Shown here: positions 35,401 to 47,480 of the stretch, in pieces
How the letters are laid out: each line of letters opens with the position of its first letter
Numbering within the stretch: position 1 is the stretch's first letter
Assembly: GCA_905178155.1 (NCBI GenBank)
Contig: CAJINV010000011.1
Coordinates: forward strand, 516,491-580,490
Direction of reading: 5' to 3'
Length of the DNA: 64,000 bases
DNA from: Amoebophrya sp. A120
Lineage: Eukaryota > Protista > Dinoflagellata
The notes under the pieces: model-generated
Told to the model about the DNA's origin: nothing
Seen by the model: the letters and a program-made list of their open reading frames with translations, nothing else
Database searches by the model: none
Translations under genes and position numbers: made by a program

Positions 35401-38400
35401 TAGCTGCTTCCTCGCGCACTCGTGTACTGCTCCTGTCCTTCACTTCGTCGTGGTGGAGCGGGCTCTCTACTTCCGGTCGCGGAGCTCCTGTCGTAGAACA
35501 TTCCAGAAGTACCGTCCTCAGCCTGCTCCACTTCCATGTTTATTGCAGAGGGCGAAATAGCGTTGTTACCATAGTTGTACCCACGTTTGTTGTTCTTCCT
35601 ACTTGGCGTCGCTGTGTAGCTATCGTCGTTGTTCAACCGCAGAACCAGGTCCCGATTTCGCACTTCCGCCTCCTGCAACCGCCTCTCCGCCTGCGCCAGC
35701 GCTTCTTCCAGGTCCAGCACGCGCTTCGCCCCGGGCGCGCCAGAATGCGCCGCGTTTGCCCGCAACGGAGCGGACTGCGGGACCAGGGGGTCCTTGCTGC
35801 GCAGCTTGCCGAGGTAGTAGCTTTTCTGGTGCTCCAGCTGCTTCTCCAAGTCCTTAATGCGAGCCTTCCACACCTGCTCCGCGTGCGCGACGTCTTGGTG
35901 GGGGTCGTTGCTGTTAGTACCTGTGTGCCCCGACGCACCAGAAGTGGTCCCGCTTTTGATGTTCATCCTCCCGGCCGCACTGGTACTACTTCCTGAGGAG
36001 CTTGATCCTCCCGCCGCCCCGCCGGTCATGCGTTCGCGGTACTTGGCGGACTCCATTTCGTACTGGAGCTTGTCGTACTGCGCCCGGAGCGCGCGCAACC
36101 TCCGGTCAAAATCCACCTCCTTGTCTTCTAGCTGCTGCTTCAAACTCACGTTCTCCTCCTCCAGCCCCTGTTCCCGCTCCGACTGGGTCTGTATCGTATT
36201 GAAAAATGCCCCCAACCCATGGTTGTATATGCAAATCTGCATGCTGAAAATGTTTCTCATGCGGAGCCCTATGAGAGCGCTTTCTAGTAATGATGTGGAA
36301 TTTGTCATGCTTCAAACAGCATGATATACTAGATCTGTGATTCTGCTGCGCTAGCTCAAAGAGCACTACGCTGCGAGTGCAAATTTGTCATGCAAAACAG
36401 GTAAAGCTTGTGGATTCGTCTAGCCGATTCTCCATCTTGACTATGGGGTGCTGGGGACGTTTTTACATAGGATAGTCTTCCGGTTCTCTTTTTCCTTTTC
36501 CGTGTCCACGGCGGCGAGCAGGTGCAGGATGCTGGTGTCCTGCGGCAGCTTCTTCTTCACCAAGGCCTGCAATTCTTCGATTTGTTTCAAAAGCTCCTTC
36601 TCGCGTACATCGGCCTTCCGCCCGGTCAACAGGCGCTGACGGAGCTGCCGCGAGTCCTTTTTCAGGCTCCGGTTCTCCTCCTCCAGCGCCTTTGCCTTCG
36701 CCCGGTCCTCGTCCATCTTCAGCTGGCTCTCGATGTACCACTGCAGCTTGGCCTGCATCTCGTCCTTTTCGATTTGCCACTTCTTCTCGGTCGCTTCCTC
36801 CCACAATTTTTTCTGCTCGCCCATTTCCTTCTCGGACAGCGCCGGTTTTTTGACCAGCTCGCCCTCTAGCATCTTCTTGGCCTCGCGCGCGTTTTGGAGT
36901 TCCGCAGAGAAAGACTCTGCCTTCTCCTTCCACTCCTTCACCTGCTCGAGCAGCTCGTTCATTTTCAGCGCCTTTTCGGCCGATGTCGTAGAAGTTCCAC
37001 CCGCCCCGCCCGCGGTGGAGTTGTACAGCGTGACGCCGAGACTCTCCCCCTGGAACGGGTGTTCGTCCAGCGACTTGCGCAGGAACCGGTTCTTCTCTTG
37101 CACCGCCACCGCCGCCTGCTGCTGCGCCTGCACCAGCTGGGTGGTCAAGTGCTGGACTTCCCGCTCTAGCTGCGCGGTCCGCCGGTTTACCTCCTGCTGC
37201 ATCTGTTGGAACAGCGTCGCGGTGGAGGCATCATTCGTCTCGTCGGCTCTTTGTTGAAAGCCTTTGTTTTTGTGCCGGCTCTTGTCCGCCGCGGAGGAAT
37301 TGTCTAATGGCGACTCCTGCGCCCCGGCGAGGTCTGCGGGGGAGGAAAGCAGCTTTTGTGCGCCGGTCGCTTGCTTCGGAGAAGGCGATGATGTTCCTTT
37401 CCCGTCTATCTGCTCTCCCGCGCCTGCACTAGCGCCCGACGCAGCTGCCGCAGCCAACTCCCGATCCCGCAACTTCTGTTCTTGCTCCAGCAAGTCTCGC
37501 TCGCTCCGCAGCTGTTCGTTTTCCGCCCGGGTGGCCCCCAGCGAGGTCTGCAGCGTCTGCATCTCCTTGTCGTGGGCCTCGCGGATCTGCTGCAGCTGTG
37601 TGTCCCGGTTCTTCGTGATTTTGCGCAGCTCCCGGTTCTCGACCACCAGCTTTTCGTTCTCCTTTTCGTACCCCCTCATCAAGGTTTCCACCATGCTCTC
37701 GTCCGGATTTAACCGCAGCCCCGGCCCGCCGATTTCCTGCTGCTGCGCACCCGGACGACCGGAAGCTGGTTGGGATGTCGAGTCGGGTTGTTCCTCGTCC
37801 CCTTCCCCTAGCCCAGCCGCGTCGGCGCTTGAAGCAGCGCCCGGTGCTGGTCCTTTAAGATTCAGTGCGGCGGACTGCTGGCTTGTTGGCAACATTGCGG
37901 CGTGAAGATCCTCGTCTACGCGGTCCTTGGCGAAGAAAGCTTTTCTCTCTTGGTCGAGCGCCGCGACTTTCTTGCCCGTGGAAGCCGCATTCGCGTCCTT
38001 GACCTGCCGCCGCAACTGCGCGATCTGTAGAAAGCAGGATGGAAAGTCGACACGTTGGTGGTCGATTTTGATTTTGAGTTTTATGCATTGTAGTTTTTGA
38101 TCATGATCATGGGTGAAGATCTTTTTGTTTTTGGAGTTTATGCATCAAAAAAGCGGAACTAATTACAATTCCACTTTCTCTACCTCTTCCTCCATCCGCA
38201 TGGTCTCGTCGTGCAGTCGCTCGTTCTGCTCGTTGTATGAAAATGAAAAATCCTCCATCCCCATATCGAAATGGAAATTTGTGATGCTAAGTGGTGGTCA
38301 CAAATCCCGTTATAATGCTAGGAGGGAAGGGATGCGGATTGTAGTGCTGGCTGGCGCAGGAACAACGCCGTGCGTCCTCAGCATGACAGGGAGCAACTGG

Positions 38401-41400
38401 AAACGGGAAATAGCATCACAAATTTCCTCCACACGAGGGAAGAACTGCGTTTCCTAGCCTTGTAGCAATAAAGCCGATTTGTGTCCTCGAATACAGCAAC
38501 ACAAATTTCGTTTTCCATATGGGGAGGGGGGATTTCTCCTCACAATACGTTGAGTCGTTTCCGCATCTGCTCCGAGTCCAGAAATTTCTGCTCTACTTTT
38601 TTCATGCGGCTCTCCCACTCCTCGTGCACTTCGTCGCGAAGCTCGCGCTTCTGTTCCCAGAGCTCGCTCTATGAGAGTGCACAAATCCCCCACCTGCCGT
38701 TCATTTGTAAAGGCAAAATGCCAAATCCACATCCTTCCTAAAGGCACTGTCTCCTGCATGCCAAATTGTGGAACCTCAAACACAGCTACAATCATCCGCG
38801 TGCAGATTTGATGTCATGTGAAAGCCACTTATCTGCCCGCGCTTGTGTTGCTGCTCATGATGTGATAGGACAAATGAGGGGGAAGTAGGGGAGTTGTGCA
38901 CTTTCATACGTTCTGTTTCACCTTGTCCGCGCGCTCGGAGTCCAGCTCCTTGCGCAGGTTCCGCAGCTCCTCGCGCTGGAACTGCAGCTCCTGTTGGTGC
39001 TTCCGCTCCACCTCTTCGAGGTTCGCCCGGTTGTTGCGCACCTGCTCGTCGAACTCGGCCTTATGCACTGCAAAAGCATCGTACTCGTACTTTACTAAAA
39101 ATCGCGTTTATGCAATACAAATTTTTCTGTCAAGTTCAATCCGCACTACAAATTTTATTTCTCATTCTGAGTGAATTTGTCATGCGATTTCTACTAGTAC
39201 GGTACCTTTGCTGTTCATAGTCCTCCCGGCCCTGCAATTTCATCCGGAGTTTCACGTTTCGGGCGTCCAGCGCCGCCACCTCGGCCTCCATCTTGGCCTT
39301 GCCGGCCCGAAGCTGCGAAATCAGCTCCTCCAGCTGGGTCACCTTGCGGTGCAGTTCGGAAAGCTGCTGGAACGCGGTGTTCAGCTCCTGCTGCTGCTCC
39401 GCCGTCTGAGGGCCGCGACTGTATTTAGTGCAGATGTGATGAGGAGGTTTTTCCCGAATCATTTTCATGCAAAATTGAAAAAACTATGAATCACTATCAT
39501 TTTCCGAAGTAGGTCCTACGGCATGCGGCTAGCTACACATAAGTACCCCGGCTGCGTGCGGGTGGTGGAGGTGGAGTCCCGTAAAAATCTGTCGGTGGAT
39601 GATCCTGAGGAAAAACGGGGCCCGCGGTAGCGCGGAGGCTTCACGACGGAAATTTTGCTTTACATTTAGGTTTACACAAACCAACAAGCTTTCCGGGTTG
39701 CGTATGACAAGCTTGGCCCCGCTGTGTGCTAATCTGGTTTAACAAGTGAAGGTGCAACATCGCAATCAGATTGGTAGAGTTCACTAGCATGCCCATCAAT
39801 CCCGGTTGGTGTTTCTAGCAAGCATGCCAAATTCCGTTGTACTTCTAGTACTTATGCGGCGTCGCAGGCCACGTTTAGTTATTTTCACGAAGGATATTGA
39901 CGGAAAGATGATGTCCATGCTCTGCAACACTCTGCTTCCGGGCACGAAATTCGTTTGCTGGGCGGACGAACGGACGCTTTGACTCTGGCTGTCCGGCGGC
40001 GGCGCGTAGCGGTGGCGCGTGGTGGTACTCGTCGGGCGGCTGTTGCTCGTCGCACCATTCATCTGAGCCCCCCCGGCGGTCTTCGCCTTACCGGTCGTGC
40101 GCGCGGTCGAAGTGGTGGATGAGGGGGGCCCGCGGCTGCTGGAGGACGCGGCCCGGACAACCTGAGAGGACGTCAGGCTCGCGTTCACAAACCCGGCGTT
40201 GCTATCCGGCAAGGACATTCGGGGCGCGAACTGGTCCTGGAATTCCATTTCCGCGAGCACCGCGGCGCGCTCCTTGATGCGCTGCTCGAGGGCGGCCTCC
40301 TGCAGCTCCAGGGACCGCAGACGAGAGGAGGAGTCCAGGCTTTGTTCCGCCTCGAACAGCCGACCACCACTCGGAGCGCCGTCTCGCACCTGGCCCGCCG
40401 CACCTCCGCTGGCCGTCGACGATGAAGGAGGTGGGACTACTCCTACTTTGGCGCCGAACAGGTCTTTATCAAATGCAAAAATGTCTGGGTCTGGAAGAAT
40501 GCATGTTTGTCATGCTTGTGTGGCATGACTCTTAGACCTGTCATGCACGTTACCCAAGAGCCCCATTTTTCTGTCATGCCGAAACGCTGTTTGTCATGCA
40601 GGATAGGCAACACCTAGAAGCTCAGAAATTTGTCATGCTAGGCCAGCACTTGTGGCCTCCTCACGCTACGCCTCTCAGCATCACAAGTTTCCAGACCCAG
40701 ACATATTTGCAATGCATAGTCTTCTACCGACGGTGGTGCTGCCGCGGTGGTCGACGTCCCGGGGTCGAGTCCGAAGCCTGGTTTGCTGCTCGCATATCCG
40801 AAGAAAAAAGTCTTACAGTTACACACTCTGATGGAAGACAAGCAAGACAGACAACCTCTGTCATGCAGGGTATGCGTGCCAGCCTCATTTTGTTCCTGTT
40901 TCCGCTTATAGTCTGCGCATCACAGGTTTTCTATGCCATGTCGAGCAACTTTGTGCTGCAGAAACTCCAACAAATGTGTGACTGTAACACTTTTTTCCTG
41001 TGATATCGCAGCCTGTTGCAGCACTCCCGAAGATCGTTCCTGAAAAGAAGTAGTAGTAGTTCCAGCAGGAGCAGTTGTACCATTTATTTCCTCCACTCCG
41101 CTTGCAGCTGGGCCGGCGGCTCTTTGCTCAGCCGATGTTCTTGTTCTACTTGGGGCAGCTGATGATGATGATGATGATGAACCAGCACCGGGTTTCAAAA
41201 TGTTATTCCCTGTAGTTGCAGAAGGTACTTCTCCATCTACTTTGTCCTTATCAGCACCTATTGTAGAAGTTTCCGCAGTATAATAATCTCCAGCTTTTTC
41301 TTCCACCTTCTTGCCGCTGCTCGCCGGTCCGTCCGTCATTTTGTCCGGAGAGTTCTTGTCCTCCGCTGGCGGAGGCGAGTGCGCGAACATGGAGTCCAAA

Positions 41401-44343
41401 GTTTCGTGGTACTGGTTCCTGTATCAACTGCAAATATGTCTGGGTCTGGAAACTTGTAATGCTGCGTTGGGAATAGTGAATGCTCTGTAATCGTGATGCC
41501 CAGCCAAGCATGCGCTTCGTTGTGTTGCGTATTTCGCATGACAAACTGCGTCTTTGCATGACAGAGAAACGGGTCTCTTCTTGGACACGCATTAAAAACT
41601 TTTCGGTCATCCCAGACAAGCATGACAAACTTGCATTCTTCCAGCAGACCCAGACATTTTTGCACTTGATATCCTGCGCGCGGCGGCTTCCTCCCGTTCC
41701 CGCTCCTCCTGCTCCAGCAGCCGCTGCTCCCGCTCTTCCGCCTCCTGCAAACGGCGCAACAGCTCGCTTTCCTCTTGCGACTCCTCTTCCGGAACGAACT
41801 CTTCCTCCGAATAGTTCACCGACGCTTGCTGTTGCGCCTGCTGACTTGCCGCAGCAAGGGCGGCAATACTAGCTGCAGGAGCATCCGCTGCACCACCCGC
41901 ATCTTCGTTCATTTTTCCGGGCGCAGGGTTCGTGGATGAAGCTTCCAGTGTCCTCGAAACAGGTCGTGTATTGTCTGTCCCGTCCTCGACTGCGTTCTCC
42001 CTATTTCCGCTCGCGGGGAGGCCCACCTCCGCTTTGCTCGCTTGACTTCCCTCTCGTCCCCCCGAGAGAGTGGCAGCAGGCTGTTCTGGCTGTACCGCTT
42101 CTTCTTTCTCATCGACCGTGGCTTTCCCGAACACCACCTCCGGTATACTTTCCCGGAGCTGCGCTGCGGACTCCCAGAACTTTCGGTCCTCCTCTTCTTT
42201 TTCGCGCTGCCGGCGCGCCTCGTATCACCAGAAAAAAGTGTTACAGTTACACAGTTCCAGTTGTTGCAGTTTCTGCATCACAAATTTCCTCTGTGTGGCA
42301 GACAAATCTTGTATATGCAAAGATCATGAGGGAAAATACGTAGGAAACGAAGGTCGCAAGCATTTCCTGCATGACAAAGGTTGTCTGCCCTTCGGCTCCT
42401 GCAACACAAAGTGTAACTGTAGCGCTTTTTTCTTGCGGTACCTCGGCCTCTTGCTCTAGTTGCTGCTTCTCGCGCCGCGCCCGGGCGGCTTCCTCTTCGA
42501 GCTTCTTCCTTTCCCGCTCCGCCGCCTGTCGTTCCTCCTCCGCTTTTCGCTTCGCCTCCTCCTCCTGCTTCCTGCGCTCGGCCTCCTGTGCGCGCTCCTC
42601 CTCCTCCTTGCGCACCCGCTCGATCTCCGCTTTGCTGTCAGCCAGCGACTTCAGCAGGTCCTGCTGGTATCCAAGAAAAAAACATTGTAGGTGTAACTTT
42701 TTTGGAGAAACAGCATTGCAAATTTGTCTGGCATGGCAGCAAAAACCTGACATGCGCAGATAGAACGTGAAAAAGTCCTTTAATGGACCTTGCGATGCAT
42801 ACCAAGAATGACAGACGCAATCATCTTGCATGTTGCGCATCACAAATTTACAGTAACAACGTTTTTTTCCTCGATAGCTGGTAGGCCGCGAACATGGAGT
42901 TGCTTGCTGCCGAAGCCGCAACCTCGGACTGGTCCTCCTTCTTCGCGGCTTTTGCTGAGCCGGCACCCGGCACGTCCTCGGTCTCCTCGTCCCCGCTGCT
43001 AGCCGTGTCTTCGGCCTTCGCCGGCTTGAGCAACTTGTGGGTTAGGTTCGCCAGCGGGGACCCATCGCCGTATGGACTGTAAAAACGTCTGGGTCTGGAA
43101 ACTTGTGATGCTGGGTGTCGTACCATAAAGAAGCCACAAGTGCTGGCTCAGCATGACAAGCTTTTGAGCTTCTAGGTGTTGCCTATTCTGCATGACAAAC
43201 TCCAACATTTCTGCATGACAGCAAAGTTGGGCTCTTGGGTAATGTGCATGACAGGTCTAAGAGTCATGCCAGACAAGCATGACAAACATGCATTCTTCCA
43301 GACCCAGACATTTTTGCAGTTCATACGCCGGACTTGGACCCCAACCGCCCCTTCACGCGCTTCCCGCCACTGGTTCCTGTTTTTTTCGTGAGAAATGAAA
43401 TAATAATCAAAAACCTTGGGGTCGTACAGTAAATCAATGGTGTTGAATCATTCCGACAAATCATTACATATTTGGTGTGCAGCATTGTTTCCGTTTCCTT
43501 TTCTGGGAAATAGCTGCAGAGGCATACGCATAAAACACATCAAAACCTCGATTTTGTGCGTAAGGTTAAGTAAAAGTACTTCTTCCCTGCATCTTGGAAC
43601 GCGTCCCCGGTGATCTGGCCTTGAGACCGCCGCCCGAACGCCGCAACGACGATATCCCAAAAAAAAAACTTTGTATACTGTGACTGTGTAGGAAGATGAG
43701 TAACAAGCATCTTCACAAACTCGTTTTCTTGCGCAATTTCTTCGAGAAAAAGCCTGTCATGCGCAGCTAGGACGTGAAAATGCGTAGGAAGCGTGGCTAT
43801 GACGCACCACTTGTTCCAGCATGACAAGTATCTATAAAAAACGGCTTTGCATTTTCTGCATCACAAACTTAAACTATACACAGTTTTTTTCTTGCATAGA
43901 CGACGTGGAGAGACTGATGGACGCATAGGGGTCGTTGGACGCGGACTTCTATCCAGTGCAAATACAATCCCCGCATGTCAGGAAGGGAGCGAACTTGTGG
44001 TGCGTCGTGTCGCCGGTAATCAGGTCGCAGAAGTCTCTTGCAAAAGACGCTCATTATTTCCGGCCATGCTGATATAGAGGCTTTGTGACCACACAGAACA
44101 GCAGGAATTACTTATTACCACCTCTGTGGTTCTACGGAACTTGTGATGCTGACCCTTAGATCCCAAACTTGAACTTTGCCCTTGCGGGGCTTGGCAGCAT
44201 TGCATGACAAATACAATCTGCAACATTCTTCCTGACCGAGACATATTTGCAGTGGATAACTTTGGCTTGTTGCTGCCCACATACGCCGTCTCCTCCTCGC
44301 TCGAGCCTGAGGCATTGAGAAAATCCCCCAGCGCCGGGTCCAT
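32409..44343 (-). CDS. CEP162: CEP162/QN1-like centriolar coiled-coil protein (17 introners + ~3 canonical introns)
   Basis: Motifs LMRGYEKENEKL, KLQWYIESQ, KQIEELQALVKKKLPQDTSILHLLAA, DFDRRLRALRAQYDKL and C-terminal KENQLAVQREEVDAIVRQMRAL parallel CEP162; EF-hand-like segment LDAFRLKDPSCSGTVSRQDF; junctions checked join in frame. Confidence 0.7.
33267..33559. mobile_element. Introner, family A (CAT left end)
   Basis: DR TTGTT/TTGTT. Confidence 0.88.
34016..34274. mobile_element. Introner, family A
   Basis: DR ATCTC/ATCGC. Confidence 0.88.
34379..34702. mobile_element. Introner, family D
   Basis: AAAAATCCCCCCTCCCCATAT...ATATGGGGAGAGGGGATTTTT; DR GTCGG/GTCGG. Confidence 0.9.
34737..34988. 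mobile_element. Introner, family A
   Basis: DR CCGCA/CCGCA. Confidence 0.93.
36192..36474. mobile_element. Introner, family D
   Basis: DR GTCTG/GTCTT; internal similarity to 17087-17361. Confidence 0.88.
38236..38547. mobile_element. Introner, family D
   Basis: DR CGTTG/CGTTG; CCCCATAT/ATATGGGG TIR core. Confidence 0.9.
38670..38908. mobile_element. Introner, family E
   Basis: TATGAGAGTGCACAA...TTGTGCACTTTCATA; DR CGCTC/CGTTC. Confidence 0.9.
39062..39219. mobile_element. Introner, family C (opposite orientation to 5169-5318)
   Basis: DR GGCCT/GTCCT. Confidence 0.88.
39422..39896. mobile_element. Old non-canonical intron (TAT...ATA; TIR and DR eroded)
   Basis: Removing the element plus 5 nt joins IIFPS|SGPQTAEQQ in frame; DR unrecognisable. 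Confidence 0.6.
40467..40718. mobile_element. Introner, family A (inverted near-copy of 43071-43325)
   Basis: DR GTCTT/GTCTT. Confidence 0.93.
40795..41005. mobile_element. Introner, family F
   Basis: DR TCGCA/TCGCA. Confidence 0.9.
41422..41671. mobile_element. Introner, family A
   Basis: DR TCCTG/TCCTG. Confidence 0.93.
42223..42440. mobile_element. Introner, family F
   Basis: AGAAAAAAGTGTTACAGTTACAC...GTGTAACTGTAGCGCTTTTTTCT; DR CCTCG/CCTCG. Confidence 0.92.
42668..42876. mobile_element. Introner, family F-like
   Basis: DR GCTGG/GCTGG. Confidence 0.88.
43071..43325. mobile_element. Introner, family A
   Basis: DR CGCCG/CGCCG. Confidence 0.93.
43653..43898. mobile_element. Introner, family F-like
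   Basis: DR GACGA/GACGA. Confidence 0.87.
43950..44258. mobile_element. Introner, degenerate family A
   Basis: TATCCAGTGCAAATA...TATTTGCAGTGGATA; DR ACTTC/ACTTT. Confidence 0.87.
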
Positions 44344-44599
44344 TTTCTTTTTGGAATAAGCTTAAGCTGCCGACAAAGGGATTTAGTAGTTTACTTATTT
44401 GTAGCCGCGGAGGTCGTCACGCGTTCGCGTTGAAAAATTCTTCATTGGTTGAGTGCATTGACTTATCTTGGTTTGTTGTATGAATTCACCATCAATGCGC
44501 GATGTTTATGCTCAGATGCTGTAGTTCTGCGCAATGTTACAGGAAAAGCAGGCACGGCGCACTTCCATGCTCTCTTCTAAAACAGTTTGGCCGCGAGTC

Positions 44600-47480
44600 C
44601 GTTTGAACTTCCTTACCATTGCGGGCTTGTATGTTTGGCCGCTGCACAATTTGAACTCTCGTCAACTTCGGTTCTCGACAACAATATTTGCAATTGGCTC
44701 GCCAGAGGTTACAATGACGCTCATGAAGAAGATGGCATTGTAAGGATGACGCCCGCTCTTTTACACAACAGATGGATCATGAACAAACACCCGACAAAGA
44801 ACATCCTCTACTCCACCGGAGAGAACGGGAAAAAACCCATCGTAGTTGTAAAGAAGGCAAGATAATTACTGAACCAGCTGCACAGGCCGCCGACAAGACC
44901 GCGGCCGGCGCCAACGCGGATCGGCCCGCCCCTGCAAGAACGACGGCTGTGCGCCATGATGTTTGTTCCGCTGCCCGGCCGGCCTCGCAGACGCGCCTGA
45001 GGGGCGCATTTGGGGGAGGGCCCACTTTGGGGGGTGGCGCAATCGCTGAAGGCCCACGCCAGGGGCCGGGGCCCATGCTGGGGCCCCACGTGCGGGGCCA
45101 GGGCCGGGCGGCCCGCTCTTCCGTCTCCGCGCAGCCCGGTGGCCGGCGGCGCGGCCTGCCTGTCGCGCCGAACGGCGCGTGAATCGATCAGGGGCAGCCG
45201 AACCAGGTCGGGCGCGGTGTGGCGCCTCACGCCGAAGCCCTTGCTTTATTTTGGGGCTGCGTGGCAGTGCTCGCAAAACATGGAGAGCGGAATAAAGTTC
45301 GCTTGCGTTTGGCCTCGCCTACGGCCCGGCCCGCCCTTTTTCTCGTTCGGGGGCCTGTAGTCGTCCTCGGTCTTTGCGAAGCCGGGGCCGAGACCTTGTC
45401 AGGCCGGCACCGCTCAGAACGCCGGCCGCTTGGCGCGGCCGCGGTCGGCCTACGTCGCCGACTGCCCTGGCCCGTCCGTTAACGCCGACGCGGCGCAGGG
45501 CGGCGCGCGCCTTCTGTCCGTCCTCCCCCGGGCCATGCCCATGCGTTGGCTGCCTCCTCCATGCGTGGGCGCGTCGCGCCTTTGACGCCACTCGGAGCCC
45601 GCGGAGTGCCATCTTGTTGCGCGGGTGATCAAAAAGTGCCAGCAAACTGCGCCAGGGAACTTACAAAGCGAGCTTGTGGCCCAACGGTTCTAGTGTGAAA
45701 ACTGATTCCCTTTGGCAACGCACCACAGGAAGAAGTGGACAGCCTCGCAAAGTCGTTCTCCCTTTCTGCAGAAGCTCGCCCGGCTCTCTCTCACTCCAAG
45801 AAACAACTACGTCTCTCGCCCAAAAGGAAAAGCAAACGCTCTGCACTGTTGCTCGTTTTCTTAATATTGTTCGACTCAAGCTTTATACTGCCGCTTTTCC
45901 GAGGGCATGCTTTGGCTTTTTGAAGAATGCCCCACAGACTCTCGCCGACTCCAGTTTTCGGCAATACTACGCTGCACAATTTGAACTCTCGTCAGCTTCA
46001 GCAGTTCTCGACAACAATATTGACTCAGAGGTTACAGTGATGCCCGTGAAGAAGATGGCAATAGAAGGATGACGCCCGCTCTTTTACACAACAGGTGGAT
46101 CATGAACAAATACCCGGCAAAGAACATTCTCTACTCCACCGGAGAGAACATAAAGAAGATCCATCGCAGAACCAGAAGGCAGGAAAATTACTAGCCAAGC
46201 TGCGCAGGCTGCCGAGAGGGCCGCGGCGCCAGCGGCGATTGGCTCCGGCAATAGCGTCGACTTCTGCCGCGCGCAATCAATTGTATTTTTATGCGGCACA
46301 GGCCGGCCTCGCATTGGTCCTGCGGAGCGTCATGAAGGCCAACGCCAGCGGCCAGCCGGGGCCAACTGGAGGCCCGCGCGCGGAGTCGGGGTTTTTCTCT
46401 GGAGGGCAACGCGCGGGGCGGGGGCTGCGCGGCGCAGTGCCTCGTCTCACGAGGGGGCCGGGGGCGCGCCCCTCCTGTCGCAGCACGATGGAGCCGCCGC
46501 GCACCCGTGAGTGTCGCAGGTCGTCCGTCTCTTCCTGGCCGGTTTTGCTCGTGACCACTACGATGGGGTCGACATCATGTCCAGCGGGGAAGTTCCAGCT
46601 GTTTCCCACCGTGCGGAGCCTGTGTTTAGTTTTTTTTTGGTGTCGTGGCTAGACTGAGTTCACATTTAGCCCAGCGGGTCTTTAATACCTTTTGCACGCA
46701 GATAGGACGATAGCGTCAAGAAAGGATGAAGGTAAGAGCGCAAAGCTGTACTACCGAACGTCCTTGAAACTTCCGCGCGGGTGTCCAACTTCAGCGCGAG
46801 TGTTTGGCTCTTCTTGCTGCAGATTGATGGGCGCAGCGCCGGCCGCTTGGCGCGCCTCGGTCGGCCCGCGTCGCTGATTGCCCTCGCCCGGCCGGCCATA
46901 AACGTCGGCGCGGCAATGTGCGGCGCGCGCCTCCTGTCCGTCCTCGTTCGAACGCAGTGCCATCTTGTTGCGCGAGTAGCAAGGTAGCCTCGCCGGGGAA
47001 CTTGCAAGGCGAGCTTGTGTGCTAATGAGTTTAGTGCCGCGGGAAATTGATTCACTTCCGCGACACATCACAGGGGTATGTGGGCAATCTTGCAAGGAAG
47101 CCCTCCGCTCTGTAAAAATATGGCCTGACTCTCTCTCTCGCTCCCAAAAACAGATGACGGATCGCTCTTTCGTGCAAACGCAAAAACTTCGGCTCTTATT
47201 CATTCTGTTCAAGCTCAATACTGACGCTCTTCTGAGTCCACCGGCCATATGCTTTTGTAACTTGAAGAACGTATTTGTTCATACGGTCTGCAAGTTGCCG
47301 GCGGACAAAATAGTATGTATGGAATATATAAGCCAAAAAGTAAAATATCGCTCTGTTGGCGAAAGCAGCCACTTCGGAGACAATTCTCTGCGAACTACTG
47401 ACCGCAATTTGAACGCGCCACACAACCTCGCGCACTTCAGCTTTCGACGACAATATTTGCCGCGCCTTTCAGACGAAGGC
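44600..47480 (+). repeat. Degenerate tandem segmental repeat, ~1.3-1.4 kb period (~2.2 copies)
   Basis: GCTGCACAATTTGAACTCTCGTCA...CTCTACTCCACCGGAGAGAAC at ~44640-44830 and ~45970-46150, with a remnant at ~47400-47490; GCCGGCCGCTTGGCGCG...AGTGCCATCTTGTTGCGCG at ~45420-45680 and ~46838-47020. Confidence 0.8.

Noticed and set aside
32416-37905. Long plus-strand ORFs (e.g. 32416-32907, 36733-37257, 37264-37905)
   Set aside because: They are antisense shadows of the GC-rich coiled-coil exons on the minus strand.
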